Assembly: GCF_036321535.1 (NCBI RefSeq)
Contig: NC_087437.1
Coordinates: forward strand, 52,950,001-53,014,000
Source of the DNA: Camelus dromedarius
Taxonomy: Eukaryota
Direction: 5' to 3'
DNA length: 64,000 nt
This document shows positions 25,133 to 37,484 of the stretch, one piece after another (the first letter of the stretch is position 1; the number at the start of each line of letters is the position of its first letter). The position numbers and the translations under genes are program-made. The notes beneath the pieces are model-generated. The model did no database searches. It saw nothing but the letters and a program-made list of their open reading frames with translations, and was not told where the DNA came from.

Positions 25133-27720
25133 TATAATGGTATTTCCCCAAACAGGCAGTTTCTTGGATACCAGACGTTAAACAGTCCATAACTTTCAAA
25201 TTAGTTTATGATCTTTCCTTTTTTCCTTCATTAGCGTCTATGTATCCTAGGGCTTCTTAGGGCTCTCTTCTGTACTGCTGACTTATCTATCCAATATTGT
25301 GCCAATTATTGTGGCTTTATAACTATCTTAATATCTTGTGGGAAGTCCTTCTTCATAGCTCTTATAAAATGCCTTAGTTATTGCGTTGTTTTGTCAAGTT
25401 AAAAAAAAATCGATAGGGATTTTGTTTGGGATCCATATTTAGAAGCGTGGGATGTTTCTAAATTCAGATTTTTTCTCTTATATTCGTTAAGTCTTGAAGT
25501 CTTATCTATTTTTCACAATTCAGTTTGGTATTTTGTTTTTGTTTGTTACCGTTATGATAATTTTAACTTTTTTCTATCTATATTCTTCTGACTGGTTATT
25601 GCTAGTATACATGAATGCTATTAACTTTTATCTTTCTCTACTTCCACAGCTTCATTGAAATAATTTAACTGATGAGGTTTTCAGTTGATTTTATTAGCTT
25701 TCTATACACATAATCATATTATCTGGAAATAATGATGGCTTTCTTTTCCAAATAGTTATATTTCTTTTCTGCTTCATGTGTTTTGCACTGGCTAGAACTT
25801 CCAAACAACGTTAGCATACATGTCTCATCCATGATTTTAATGAGAATTCCGTTGGTGTTTTACTATTACATAAAATATTAGTTATTGGTTTGAGACAGAT
25901 ATTTTTATTATTTTGAGGAAGTGGATTTCTGGTCTGAGTATCCTAAGAGTTTTTATCTTTAAAAATCAGAAATGTTGTGAATGTATTTGAGTATTTTGGG
26001 GTCATCTATTCATATTATGTAATTTTTCTATCTAAATTTATGTAACAAGACTTCCTTGCATTCCTTTGATACGTTCTTCCTGAGGAGTGAATAAATCTTT
26101 TAATATGTTGTTCAATTCTAGCTACAAATACTTTAACTATAATGTTTGTATCAAGTTCAAATTTGAGACTGGTCTCCAGTATTCTATTTTTAAGCACAGT
26201 TTTTGTTAGGCATTTATATCTGTCTTAAGTTTATGAAATGGATTGGGTAGCTTTCTATCTTTGTTTATACTATGGAAAAGTTTACATAAATATTTATTTC
26301 CTAATAGTATGGAAGAACTCACCAGTAAGGCCATCTGTTTTAAGATAATTTTGGATCTAATTCGTTAAAAATATTTTCTATTTCATTAATGGTTACCTAG
26401 GATTTCCATAAGATGTTCAAGTTTATTAGAATCAAGATGATTATATATATGTAGTTATATAATGTCTAATAATTAAAACTATTACCATATTTATATTACA
26501 TTTTTATATACTTTAAATATTTTAATGTCTCTGTCTCTGCTTTTCTTTTCCTCTTTTTGAAATCAGGTTTTCAAACATTTGACATGTTTAAAGACCTAGT
26601 TCTAGATCTTCTCTATACCTATGAGCTTCTTTTTCCTAATCCAAGTTTTATGTCATTTATTTATTTACTACTTGACCTCAAAGGCAGAAACAAATATTTT
26701 AAAGTCTTTCAATGCCTGTCTTTCCGTCAATTTCTTATCTATGTATTTTTTCTCAGAATATACATCTACACTGTTTTTCACAGTATATATTTTGATTCTG
26801 TTATTAGACACCTAAAATTTCATGACCGTTACATCTCAAAATTGAATGTATTTTTATTAAATAAAAAATGGCCTTCTTTATTCCACTTTATGGTTTTGGT
26901 ATATTATTTGGTATATTATATTATTTGGAAGGTTAGTTTGTCCCAAATTATCATTTCTCACTTTTAATTTCTCTATGTTTGATAAAGAATAAATAAAAAG
27001 ACATATATGTCCTTTTGTTTTAGATGTACCTCTTTTTAAGAACTATGTCATTGGATTTTAATTTTTAACCCAATATGAGTGTTCTGCTCGTTTAACAGGG
27101 GACTTTAACACGTTTATGTTTTTTGACATTATTGATATATTTAGTTTTAACCTCTTTTAATAAAAAAAATTTAAATTGTTTGCTTGTTATTTGCTTTCTG
27201 CCTTGTGCTACTTTGCTAGGGTTCATAAAATTTAAATTCTTCCAGATTTGAAAGGTGTGTTCCCTGTTTATTAGTTCCACTAGTAGTTAATCTAGTTATT
27301 AAATTTTTCTTCAGATTTGTATTTTGTAATTATCAAAGTGAAGAGAGACATGAAAATTTAACATATTTTTTACGATTCCTTCAACAATGTCCCCCACATG
27401 CTTTCAGCCTTGGTTAATATAACTGTAGTTTTGGGATCCAAGTTACAAATGTTTACATCATATATCTTCTCTTTCAAAGAATGGTTTTTGCCATTTGCGT
27501 TCAGTTGCATAACCTAATTTAGTGGGGTTTTTTTTTTTAATTCATTCTAACTTAACTGGTTTTAATTTTTACCAAAAGTTCTTTTGTGCTGTGACATCCC
27601 ATTATTTAGCCTTTAATTCTGAATCACCTCATGGTTGGTGTGTGTTTTCAGGAAAGTGTTTCAAAAAGGGCACTTTTGTTTTAACTCTTGCAAGTTTAAG
27701 AATGACTTTGTGTTACCTTC

Positions 27721-28105
27721 TGCTGTGGACTGAATTGTGTCCCTCTCAAAATTCATATGTTGAAGCCCCAACCCCTCCATGTGACTGCATTTGGAGATGC
27801 GGCTTTCAAGGAAATAAATGAGGCTAAAAGAGGACATAAGGGTGGAGCCCTAATACAATAAGACTGGAGTCCATATAAGAAGAGGAAGACACATCAGGAG
27901 TGAAGGCGCACAGAGGAAGGCCATGTGAGGCCATGGTGAGAAGGCTGCCCTCTGCAGGTCAGGAGGAAAGGCCTCACAAGAAAGCAACCCTGCGGACACC
28001 TTCATCTTGGGCTTCCAGCCTCCAGAACTGTGAGAAAACACATTTCTGTTTTTTCAGACACTCAGTCTGTGGGATTTTGTTAGGGCAGTCTGAACAGACT
28101 AATAT
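27721..28105 (+). mobile_element. MLT1-type (MaLR) solo LTR
   Basis: Starts tgctgtggactgaattgtgtccc...aaattcatatgttgaag and ends ccagcctccagaactgtgaga...cagactaata, typical MLT1A/B termini. Confidence 0.85.
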
Positions 28106-29267
28106 ACTTCCGCATACAGATTTCCACAGACTGCACACCTTACAATCACTGGGTCACAGCTTTTTTCCATAATGACTTGTAATCTCCAAGGGGTGGCATG
28201 GAGAGAGAGTGGGGGTAGGAGGAGTATTTGGCTATTTCAAAACCAGTGCTTGGATTGAGAAGAACAGCAGTCCAGTTTCCAGGTACCACTGAGCTGGGTA
28301 GCAGGGGGCTTGCTTCCCTCCAGCCCCCCCCACCCCACCCCCCTTCTTTTCCTCCTTTTAGGAGACAGGAGGAGCTTGGCTAGATCTTTCTTAGTTCAGC
28401 TCCATCAAAATCATCAGTGGTAGAAACTCCCCCCCACCCTTCCTAATTCTAACAATGGGTCAGATATTGTTAGTTTTTGCTATAGTGTGTTTTCATCCTT
28501 TTCTCAGACTTTATAGAAACCAAAAGACTGAGGTAAGATTTTGTAGAAAAAGTTCTACTTCAGATAACTTTTACAGAAGACGCCGTTTCTTGAGACTGCG
28601 CCCCTAAGGACCAGTTTCACACTTTGTAGAAGTTACATGGAACAAAGAGTTACAGAAATGCCCCTCCGATTCAGGCCCAGCAGCAGTCTCACGAAAACCG
28701 TCTCTGATAGAAGAAGACAACTTGATGTTCTGAAGGGTTTGACATGGCAGGTTAGTAAGACATCTGAATACTCCACTAGCGTGAGGAATTCTCCCCCAGG
28801 AGCTCTGGCGGTCACAGCGATGAGGTGGAAGTTCTAGGGTGAGCGAGCAGATTTGGCTTCCACCTAAAGAAGCACCTTCTAAGAATCGCTTTTTCATCAG
28901 CAAAACAGCCTTCCTTTTGGGGTGGTAAGTTCCTTGCCACTGGAGTTATCCAAGCTGAGGCTCTCAAGGCTACTGCAGATGAAGCCTCTGAATTCACTGC
29001 CTAGAACTGTGAGCTCCTTGAAGATAGGCCTACGTCTCCTTCATTTTTGGAACTGGCACCTCGCAGTGCCTGGCACATGGCATGTACTCAGTGGCTTGGC
29101 AGGTAATGAATGGATTGATGGATGAATAAAGTGGGGCAGAAGCTGTACTAGATGATCTCACAAAGCCCCTGCCACTCTGAGACTCAGTGATTTCATACTA
29201 AGTCAGGGACCCAAAGGGGCCCAAAATAAAGCTGCTCACCCTCATCTCAGAGATCAGCAAAACTCAC

Positions 29268-29328
29268 CGTGCATGGTGGCTGCATCCAGGGCTCTCCATC
29301 CACTTGCATTGGCAGCAGCTTGTTTGTC
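29268..29328 (-). CDS. DGKG: Diacylglycerol kinase gamma, penultimate exon (61 bp)
   Basis: Translates (R)[20 protein letters not shown], containing the DGK signature PMQVDGEPW. Acceptor ctccAG, donor ACG|GTGAGT (phase 0). Confidence 0.97.
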
Positions 29329-29429
29329 CTGGAGCCCCGGAAACAGAGAACAGAGTGAGCTTCCTGGAGTCAGAGGATGAGGGTGGTCCTCACCAGGGAA
29401 ACAAAGTGGGAAGACCTGATCCGCCCACC

Positions 29430-29590
29430 TAAGAGTGGTTCTGAAGACTCTCCTGGTGGGCTTCTGAGCCCACCTCAGAGGTACCAACTGGGCAGGTCTG
29501 GACCAGGCCCAGGGGACTGTGTTTTAATAAGCACCATGGACAAATCTGTGGCTTCAGAACTCAGACTCTACTTTGAGAAACACTGCCCTG
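29430..29590. mobile_element. MER5-type hAT element close to the acceptor side of the 61-bp exon
   Basis: gtggttct...ggtctggaccaggcccagg...ttttaataagcacc...ctttgagaaacactg. Confidence 0.55.
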
Positions 29591-31546
29591 TGTGAGCAGT
29601 GAAGTCCACAGGAGTCTGGGCAACAGTGGCCAACCAGTATGGCAGCACCACAGCTGAGCAGACCCCCCCAGTCAAACACACCAGCCGGGGGGCCTGCCCA
29701 CGGTGCCAGAAATTCCCCTGTGAAATGGGAAGGGTTATGAAATGGGGAAAGGCCTGGGTTCTATGTTGAGTGAGTGGTTGCATCATGTCAATGAGGTAAC
29801 GTCTCCCACTTATACGAGGTACAGCTCAGGTCTGAGTGTGTCTTGCCTGGCCCCCGATCCTAAACCATCCCCTCTTTTATCTCCTGAACAAGAGTAGCCC
29901 ATGCAGTTGCATGGACTGTGGACCTGGCTTAGCTGGGAAAGGGGGCCACTGGGAATATGATCCCCATGGGTCAGTGGAGGGGAGAGGAGAAAGCATTGGT
30001 TTCTTGCTTGGGACAGGGCTTCTTTGGCATATAGACAGAGAGACAAAGGAGAAACTCAGGCAGGTCCTTTCAGAGGCCTCTGGTCTGGGTGAGCAGGCAA
30101 CAGCTGCCACCCACTGACCAGAAAGCTCTCACCTGGGTTTGGCATCTTCCCTGGTTTTGAAATTATAAAATGAGAGAGGCAAGCCATGTTTTGATGGAGA
30201 TGATTCTCTGACTGACCCTGAGGATATTTAATAACGAAAACAATAAACCTACTAATAAAACAAATAATAAGAGGAGAGAGTAGCATTCTGGCTTGGGGGG
30301 CTGAGGAGGCTATCTGGGGAATGCCCAGGAGGACGGGGCCCCTGACTCATCCCCTCTGTTTCTGTCTGGAAATAGAAAATATCTTCTCTCTTATACATGT
30401 TTAAAAAAATTCTTCAGGGACCAAGATGCTATATTCTTTGGTCTACATATGTTATGGCCTGGATGCACTAACAGACTGGACCTACTCAGTGTGCAAGTCC
30501 TGGGGGAAGGACAGGGAAGGAACCACAGAGATTAATCTGGAAAACAACTGCCCCAGCACAACAACCACCCAGACAGAAAGAGGAGCAAAGATTTGGGGAA
30601 CAATAGAAAAAACAGAGAAGGCACAGAATGGGGATGAAGAAAAGGGCTTAGTGAGATAGACCGGGAAACCAGCTCTGGAGACCTTTCTGGAAGATGCAGG
30701 GTGGCACTAAGAACAGAGTTTCCCTAAATGAGCTTTGAGGACACTTGTCCAAGAGGTTAAGGGTTACATGGGTTTTGTGTTTAAATAACTTTGGGCAACC
30801 TGCATGCTGTGGTCCCCTCTAGGAGATCCCCAAGACACATGGATAGATCTGATCTGTAGAAATTAAATGGGATATGGAAAGGAATAAAGACTTCTAAAAT
30901 AATCAGGTGGAGAAAACTCTGTGACTAGTTGCACTTATTAAAATCAGAAGCCACCAAAATCAGAAGGTCCCCTCCAGTAGACCCCATCTCTTCCAGGAGC
31001 CTGCAGTGACTGACTTGGATGGTTCAGACGCTAAAGAATTGTTATCCACTTAAGTCAATTATGACATGTTGCTGACATTGATGGTTTAGCTCTACAAAGG
31101 TATTCAGGGTTTCTAATTCTAATAAAAGTATTTCTAAGACCACCACCCAGGAAAGAGCAGAGTACAGCAGAGAACCTGGTTTTTGCCAAAGTGTGCCCTG
31201 TGGCACACATTTAACATTTCAATTTGTAAAGATAAAGAAGGCAAGGAGTTGGATCTCTGGTTCCCTGGGCCTCATAACCTCTCAATCCTATTTAGAGAAT
31301 TTCACCAATTCATTCTAAGAGAACAGCAAACTGGCTGCGGTGGATTTTCCAGTCGATGTCCTGGGTGGTTGCATTATAACTGGTTTGGGAAATGGTCTCC
31401 AAAGACATTCTTTAGAAATGTTATCAAACTTCTGTCCCCAACTCTCCCTGAATGGAAATCCAAAGATGGCTTCCTAGTTGTTATCTGTAAGAATATTAAG
31501 GGAGGTGGGGAGAGTGGGAGGCTGTAGGGTAAATGAGGAAGCGTAC

Positions 31547-31667
31547 CTGATGGAGACAGAGGAGCACTGGGCCAGCCTCCTGCCAGCACTCTTCAGGCCA
31601 GTGTAGATCTGCCCCATTTCCATGGCTCCCTCTAGCCCCACCACTTCAAGAAGCTGGTCACTGAGGT
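31547..31667 (-). CDS. DGKG: Diacylglycerol kinase gamma, internal coding exon (3rd from last, 121 bp)
   Basis: Translates (D)[39 protein letters not shown](R). Acceptor tctcactctgcAG, donor AG|GTACGC. Phase 1 in and phase 2 out, matching both neighbours. Confidence 0.97.
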
Positions 31668-33257
31668 CTGCAGAGTGAGACAAGTTAAAGCAGTGCACGT
31701 ATCTCTCTGTTCCCCAGTCTGGTTCAGGCCAGAAGGTCTGGTCCCAAGGTGGCCAACCCAGATCTGTCCATAGCCGTTCATTTCCCACCAAACAGCATTT
31801 TCATCCTCATTCTGGAGAGGGAATTTCCCCAGGAGTCAATAAATGTACCTTTTCATGAACAGAAACCCAGTTCTAGTGAAAAAAGGTTTTGATTCAGAAG
31901 GTTACCGTGCATCCGATGAATAGGCAGATATATCCAGGAGCCTCTGCAAATGGAGAGTAACGTAAATGATGGACTGGCTATTTCTGAAATACTTTTCAAC
32001 CCCCTCCCCCCAGTGCAGCTGAAGACACACTGGTTTGGGATCAGGATAGGAAGGAATGCTGATGAAGGTCATTATCCATAGCTGGATCAGGTTTCTCCTC
32101 TCTGAATGTCTGAATAACATCTTGGCCCTACTGGCGATGACTGATGGTTAATTAACTGCAAATCTGGCCTGCGGTGAGCCAGTGGTGAGCCAACCTCCTT
32201 GGACATCCTTGGGGAAGTCAGTGACCTCTTTCAGGACACCAGGTGCCTAATCGGAGCCAAAGAAAAGAATATTTCACCTACACCAGATGATTCTGGGTGC
32301 ACAGTACAAAAAGAGGGACAGAAAATATGAGTCTTAGGCTCAGAGTCACCTAGGCTCGAGGGCCTCCCACAATGGCAGTTGCTTCTGATTCGACACCTAG
32401 AAGAGGTCCATTTTTCAGAGTTCCTGGGGCTTGGATTGGGCCGGTTCAATTTCTTGGGAAAGCAATGGCAGGATTAAGGTTTGATGTTGGGCCCAAAACT
32501 CATTTTCACAACACAACGTCTATTTATTTAAAACAGAAGCAAAGTAAAAAGGCAGATCCTTTAAAAGCTTCCATTCCTTTGCCTACTAAGGCGAGGGTAA
32601 TTTTCTCATAGGTTGTGGCTAATCACTAACATCCTATTCGCACTTACAAACTAGAAAACTGTTCTGTGTGAACGCTTCTGTTTATTTAACAGATGGCTTC
32701 TGTCTTCTAAGGTGCCTCCTGGTATAGTGTGATAGCGTTTATTATGATTGGCAAGGAGGTATTTGGGTTTGTCTTTACTTTTTGGTTTAGAAGACTAACT
32801 ATTGTTTAGAAAACATTCTCTTGACAGATATACTGCTAAAGAAGACAGTTAAACTATTGGGCTGACCACAGATGTGACCACAAATGTGTGGCCATCAGCT
32901 GCCAACAGATACACAAATTGCATTAGTCTCTCTGTGATAGGCACATAGGTTTTCCCCTCGACATCCATCAACACTCCCATTCTCCTTCTCTGGTACTCCT
33001 TTTTGCACATCTGTGAAAAGCTACTGTCTCCTGAAACCCTCCATCTCATTTGGACATGGAACAAGAAGCCATGAAAGGGCAATGTTTGCTTAGGAGAACA
33101 CTCCAGACTCTTGTAAGGAGTTTGGATCCAATAAACAACAAATGTCTAAACCTCTAGTCACTTAATTAGTTCTCTTCTTACCAAAGCTGAATAACCATTG
33201 GATAGTTTTAGAGTCATTTTACAGTGCCTGTGAAATCACAGGTATGGATTGTGAATG

Positions 33258-33432
33258 AGAAAGGGGAGGGAGAGGGAAGGGGAAAGGAGGAGGGCGGGGG
33301 AGAGAGAGAAGAAGAAGGTGGAGGAGGAGGGGGCAGGAGGAGGAGGAAGAGGCAGGGGATATGTGTAGGATATGTTAGGGGTGAGGAGGGTGGGGGAGTT
33401 ATACTGGGGTAGGAGAATGGAGGAGAAAAGAG
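33258..33432. repeat. GA-rich low-complexity polypurine tract
   Basis: Nearly all-purine plus strand from 33258 to ~33358 (gagaaaggggagggagagggaagggg...), remaining G/A-rich to 33432. Confidence 0.85.
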
Positions 33433-33681
33433 AAACAGAACTCTTTAGAAGTTACCCTGTTGGCAGAGAGACAGATGTCTTGTAAAATGTTGCTCTCTGT
33501 ACCAGGATTTGGTATCTGACAGTGCTGTGATAGTTCAGTGTTTCCCCTCCTTGAAACATTCCCTGGTAACAAAATGTTCTGAGAAGCAGGGGACTTAATA
33601 GACTCAAGTGTTTCAGCTTTTTACAATGTCTTGGTCTTTTAACAAATTTTCCTGTTGAATGGCTTTAACTCGAAAAGTTGT

Positions 33682-33734
33682 TATCACTTCCCACACATTA
33701 CCTTGCAGCTATCACTTCCCACACATTACCTTGC
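33682..33734. repeat. Perfect 25-bp direct repeat with 3-bp spacer
   Basis: tatcacttcccacacattaccttgc at 33682-33706 and again at 33710-33734. Confidence 0.95.
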
Positions 33735-34900
33735 TCCCTGGCTCCAGAAGAGGGAAGTAATGCAAGCTGATCTCATCAGCATGGCGGACTGGTGGGCAGA
33801 TGGATGGGTGGGTGGGTGGGGGGGCAGGGGCTTACACAAATGTGGGACTTAGAAGGTAAGAGCAGGGGAAGGGGCTAGGGTCTTGTCATACTCTTTGCCA
33901 TTCTGCCTTTGTATCTGTACTCTGCGTCTTCTCTGGCATGAAGAGGCTAGGATGACTCCTGTCTACTACTGAAGGGGACCTGACTGCTCTTCTGTTTCTC
34001 TACCATTGTCTAACTGATCTTTCTTTCAACTGCTGAAAATGCCCACCAGGAAGTTCTGAGGTAAAGAAATATATTTAACTTTGTTTCCCAAACTTATTGG
34101 ACCATGAGACTCTTCTTTTGTGTGATACCTATAAACAGCTTTATAGTTATCCAGGGTAGTTTTCTTTGGAACACATTTTGGGAAATTCTGGCATCACTTG
34201 TTTCCTGGTACTTCCTCTAGCATACAGATACTTATGCAGAAACTAAATTTGGAGTTAAAATGAAACAGAACAGAGTATAAGTTAATGTCCAGGCACACAG
34301 AACATTTAATGTTCAGAACTTAGAATCCAGGATCAGGACATCTGATATACCAGGTGTCTGTGTCACTTTAGGCACCCATGATTCAGAGTGTGGTTTTGGC
34401 AATTCATACTATCTCCATATTGTCTTTAGACTCTTCACCTCATTCCATGCATCTCAGTAAAACAGGAATTAATTAACTCACTCATTCATTCAACAGTTAC
34501 TGAGAAGCAACCAAGTGCCAGACCCTGTGTTAAGAACTAGAAATACAAAACGTTCTACTCTTGAAGGACTCTTAGCCAAGAGGGAGAAAAGTGTTAACTG
34601 CAGAAAATGTTGTAATTGAACTATAGGAACAGGAGGCCCGAGTAACTGATTCTGACTGGGCAAGGCATGGAAGAAAGATCTCACAGACGTTCAAGGAAGG
34701 TTTTGAAGGATGAATGCCTAGGTAATTTGTTGTGTTAAGAAGGAGAAAGAGGAAGGACATTCCAGGGACAGAGATGATCACATATAGGGCTGGGTAGTCA
34801 CAGGATGCAGAAAAGTTTAATTTAGCAGTAAACTCACTTGGCAATTTTGCTGGAAAATATAAAAAAGATTTCTACCTAATGAGAATTACTGTCAGGAAAG

Positions 34901-34933
34901 TGTTTGTTTGTTTGTTTGTTTGTTTGTTTGTTT
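34901..34933. repeat. (TTTG)n tetranucleotide repeat
   Basis: About eight perfect units. Confidence 0.93.
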
Positions 34934-35329
34934 TAATAGAACTATAAAAAGATGGTCTCTGGGCTGGGCACCACCTTGTGACAACCACCTTTTAGCACTG
35001 CTCTTGGTAACAAAGCCTTGTGCAGAGCTCTGTGTGCAGCAAACACTTAGTGTACACTCTTCATGAAAGAAAGAAGAGGAAGATTGGGAAGACGGGAAGA
35101 GGAGAATCCGGAAGGAGAGGTAGAACAGCACGGGCGACAGTGTAATTCCAATCTGGCCTCTGGACTCAGCCTCCAGGGCAGGAGTTTATAAATGCAAGTC
35201 TGCTCATGTCACTACTCCCTACCAAAAACCCTTCAGTGGCACCAATCATAACCCCACGTGCTGGGAAGACAGGATGAAATGTATATTCTTTCCTACCTCT
35301 GATCAGAGTGGAAACTGGTAGAAAACTTC

Positions 35330-35453
35330 TTTTTGGTGGGGGGAGGTAATTAGGTCTGTTTGTTTGTTTGTTTATTTATTTATCTTTTAACATAGGTACT
35401 GGGGATTGAATCCAAAACCTCGTGCATGCTAAGCACACACTATACCCTTCCCC
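35330..35453 (-). mobile_element. tRNA-derived camelid SINE (vic-1-like) with small internal deletion
   Basis: Reverse complement matches the 61242 copy (shared cccagtacctatgttaaaa and cctaattac tail). Flanked by direct repeat agaaaactt. Confidence 0.82.
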
Positions 35454-36614
35454 ACTCTCAGAAAACTTTTTAGAAAAAAGTTTGGTAGTAAGAGCCTAAA
35501 ACTTCCATACTGTTGATTCATTCATTTCTTTCTTGGCATTGATCACAAGAAACCATTGTTAGAATCTAAGTTCATACAAATATGACTATCGTAGATTCAT
35601 TATAGTGAAATCTCCCCCTCCCCCATTTCTGCCTGTATGAGACTAGTAAAATAAATTACATGGTATCATATGATAGTATTGTACCCTGGTATTAAAATAT
35701 TTACAAAATTTCAAAAACACGAATTATATATATGTTATAATGTTAAGCGTGCAGGCAGGATATGAACTCACTTCTGCAGCACACTCTCAACTCTGTAAGA
35801 ATATGCATAGAAGAAAAGGGCAAATTCCTCTAAAATCTTAACAGTGGTAAGATCTGGGTAGTTAGATTACACGGGATTATAATTTTCTACTTTATGCTTT
35901 TCTAGGTGTTTTGCATTTTCTCTAAGTATGTATTACTGTTATCATTTTAAAAAGTCACTTCAAAAACCTATCAACTGCTCTTTATACCTGTAAAGATGCA
36001 AATTCCCTGACTTGATGCCCGAGGCCCGTCCCCATCTGGCAAGAAGCTACCTCTAAAATTTTATGTCCTGACACCACAGGGCTAAGTTCCTGCTCCAGAC
36101 GTACACAACAGATAGCTCTCCAGGCAAACCCTACTGTCTCCCTCTTTTGTGGCTCCACCTACATTGTGCCCCTGCTTGAGATGCCCTCTTCCACTTTGAC
36201 TTGCCCATCAAAACTCCACTCAAGTGTCACCAACTTCAAGAAGCCTCCCTGGACTTCCATGCCTGCAGTTTGATTTAGCTCCTCCTCCTGAAACGTTCCC
36301 AGGTGGATATAGATGGCCAAAGAAAGTACAAGGCGGTTGATGTATTACTGAGGGCAAGAGATGGCTGCAGTAATAACTGCACCATGAGCTCGAGGTTGAA
36401 GAGGGAAAGAGATGAGGGACTGGAAGGACGAAAAGGGAGAAGGCAAGAAGGAGACTCGATGAGTTCCAGGAGCAGGTGTGCTGAGACAGTGGGAGAAGGA
36501 GGGTTGGAAAAGTGCTCTGAGTGGCGCGAGGAAATAAGCTCCTTCTGTGGCCCCAGCAGTGGGCGGCTGAGGGAGAGGGTGGTGATAGGGATGAGAGCTG
36601 AGGAGAAGCAGGCT

Positions 36615-37005
36615 AGGTCAGCTTTTCTGCGTGTTAGAATTACCTGGGTGGGGAGTTTTTAAAAATAGCGATGCCCAGCTTGCCCCTACATGGGCAAATC
36701 AGAATGTGTGGACCTGGGAGTAAGAAATCAGTATTTGCTTTTAAAGATCCCCAGGCCATTCCAAAATGCGAACAGTTTGGGAACTACTGGGCTCAGTTAT
36801 CAGATGATCCCCAGAGGCCAGAGACTCTCAGAGTGTGGTCCGGAAGCAGCAGCAGCGTCGCCTGGAAACTTGTCAGAAACGCACATCGTCAGGCCTCACC
36901 CAGACCTGCTAAATCAGAAACAGGGTGCTGGGCCCAGCGATCTGTGTTCTAACAAGCCCTCTGGAAGATTCTGAGGTACACTCAAGTCAGAGAACGTGAG
37001 CCTTA
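36615..37005. mobile_element. Two adjacent MER5-type hAT elements
   Basis: First copy ttagaattacctggg...aaatcagaat...tttgggaactactg. Second copy ctcagagtgtggtcc...cagcagcagc...gaaacttgtcagaaa...cccagacctgctaaatcagaaa...aacaagccctc. Confidence 0.75.
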
Positions 37006-37316
37006 GACAATAAAACCGCCCCAAAGCACAGGCCAGAGTTGGAGTGAAGAATATAAACATGTTACTTCTTCACTTGAAAAGCAGGCGTTAGGACTAATCA
37101 CAATGACCTCAGAATGTGGTTATGAGATGAAATGGCAGACGTGTGTGTGACGGTGCCTAGCACAGAGCGGGCTCTGAAACTCTGTTAGTTTCGCTTTCCT
37201 TTTCTGCCACATTCACCCCGACAACTCCCAACAGTCTACCTACTGTCTTACAGCTGTGTACAGGAGTCCCCAGACCATAGTATTCAGGCTAAAGCATTAG
37301 GAGTGTTTCATGTTTC

Positions 37317-37484
37317 TGTACAGCACAGGGAAATATACTCAATACCTTGTAGTAGCTCACAGTGAAAAAAATAAGAAAACTAATATATACATATTCATGT
37401 ATGACTGAGGGACTGTGCTGTACAACAGAAATTGACACAACATTGTAAACTGACTATAACTCAATAAAAAAATTTAAAAAAAAA
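37317..37484 (+). mobile_element. 5'-truncated L1 3' end, same family as 20877-21174
   Basis: Shares gtagctcacag...gaaattgacaca...ttgtaaactgactataactcaataaaa with the 20.9 kb copy. TSD gtttcatgtttc (37305-37316 and 37485-37496). Confidence 0.85.

Larger units (their letters stand above)
23490..27715 (-). mobile_element. Ancient degraded L1 (L1M-type), interrupted by a SINE and a MER2-like element
   Basis: ~4 kb of strongly T-rich, AT-rich sequence with L1-antisense phrases (gcactggctagaacttccaaacaacgtt, gaagaactcaccagtaaggccatctg). Boundaries approximate. Confidence 0.75.

Noticed and set aside
29528..29543. REST/RE1-like TAAGCACCATGGACAA (14/16 to core)
   Set aside because: Mismatches fall on high-information positions, the 3' GCGCC part is absent, and it lies inside a MER5-type relic.
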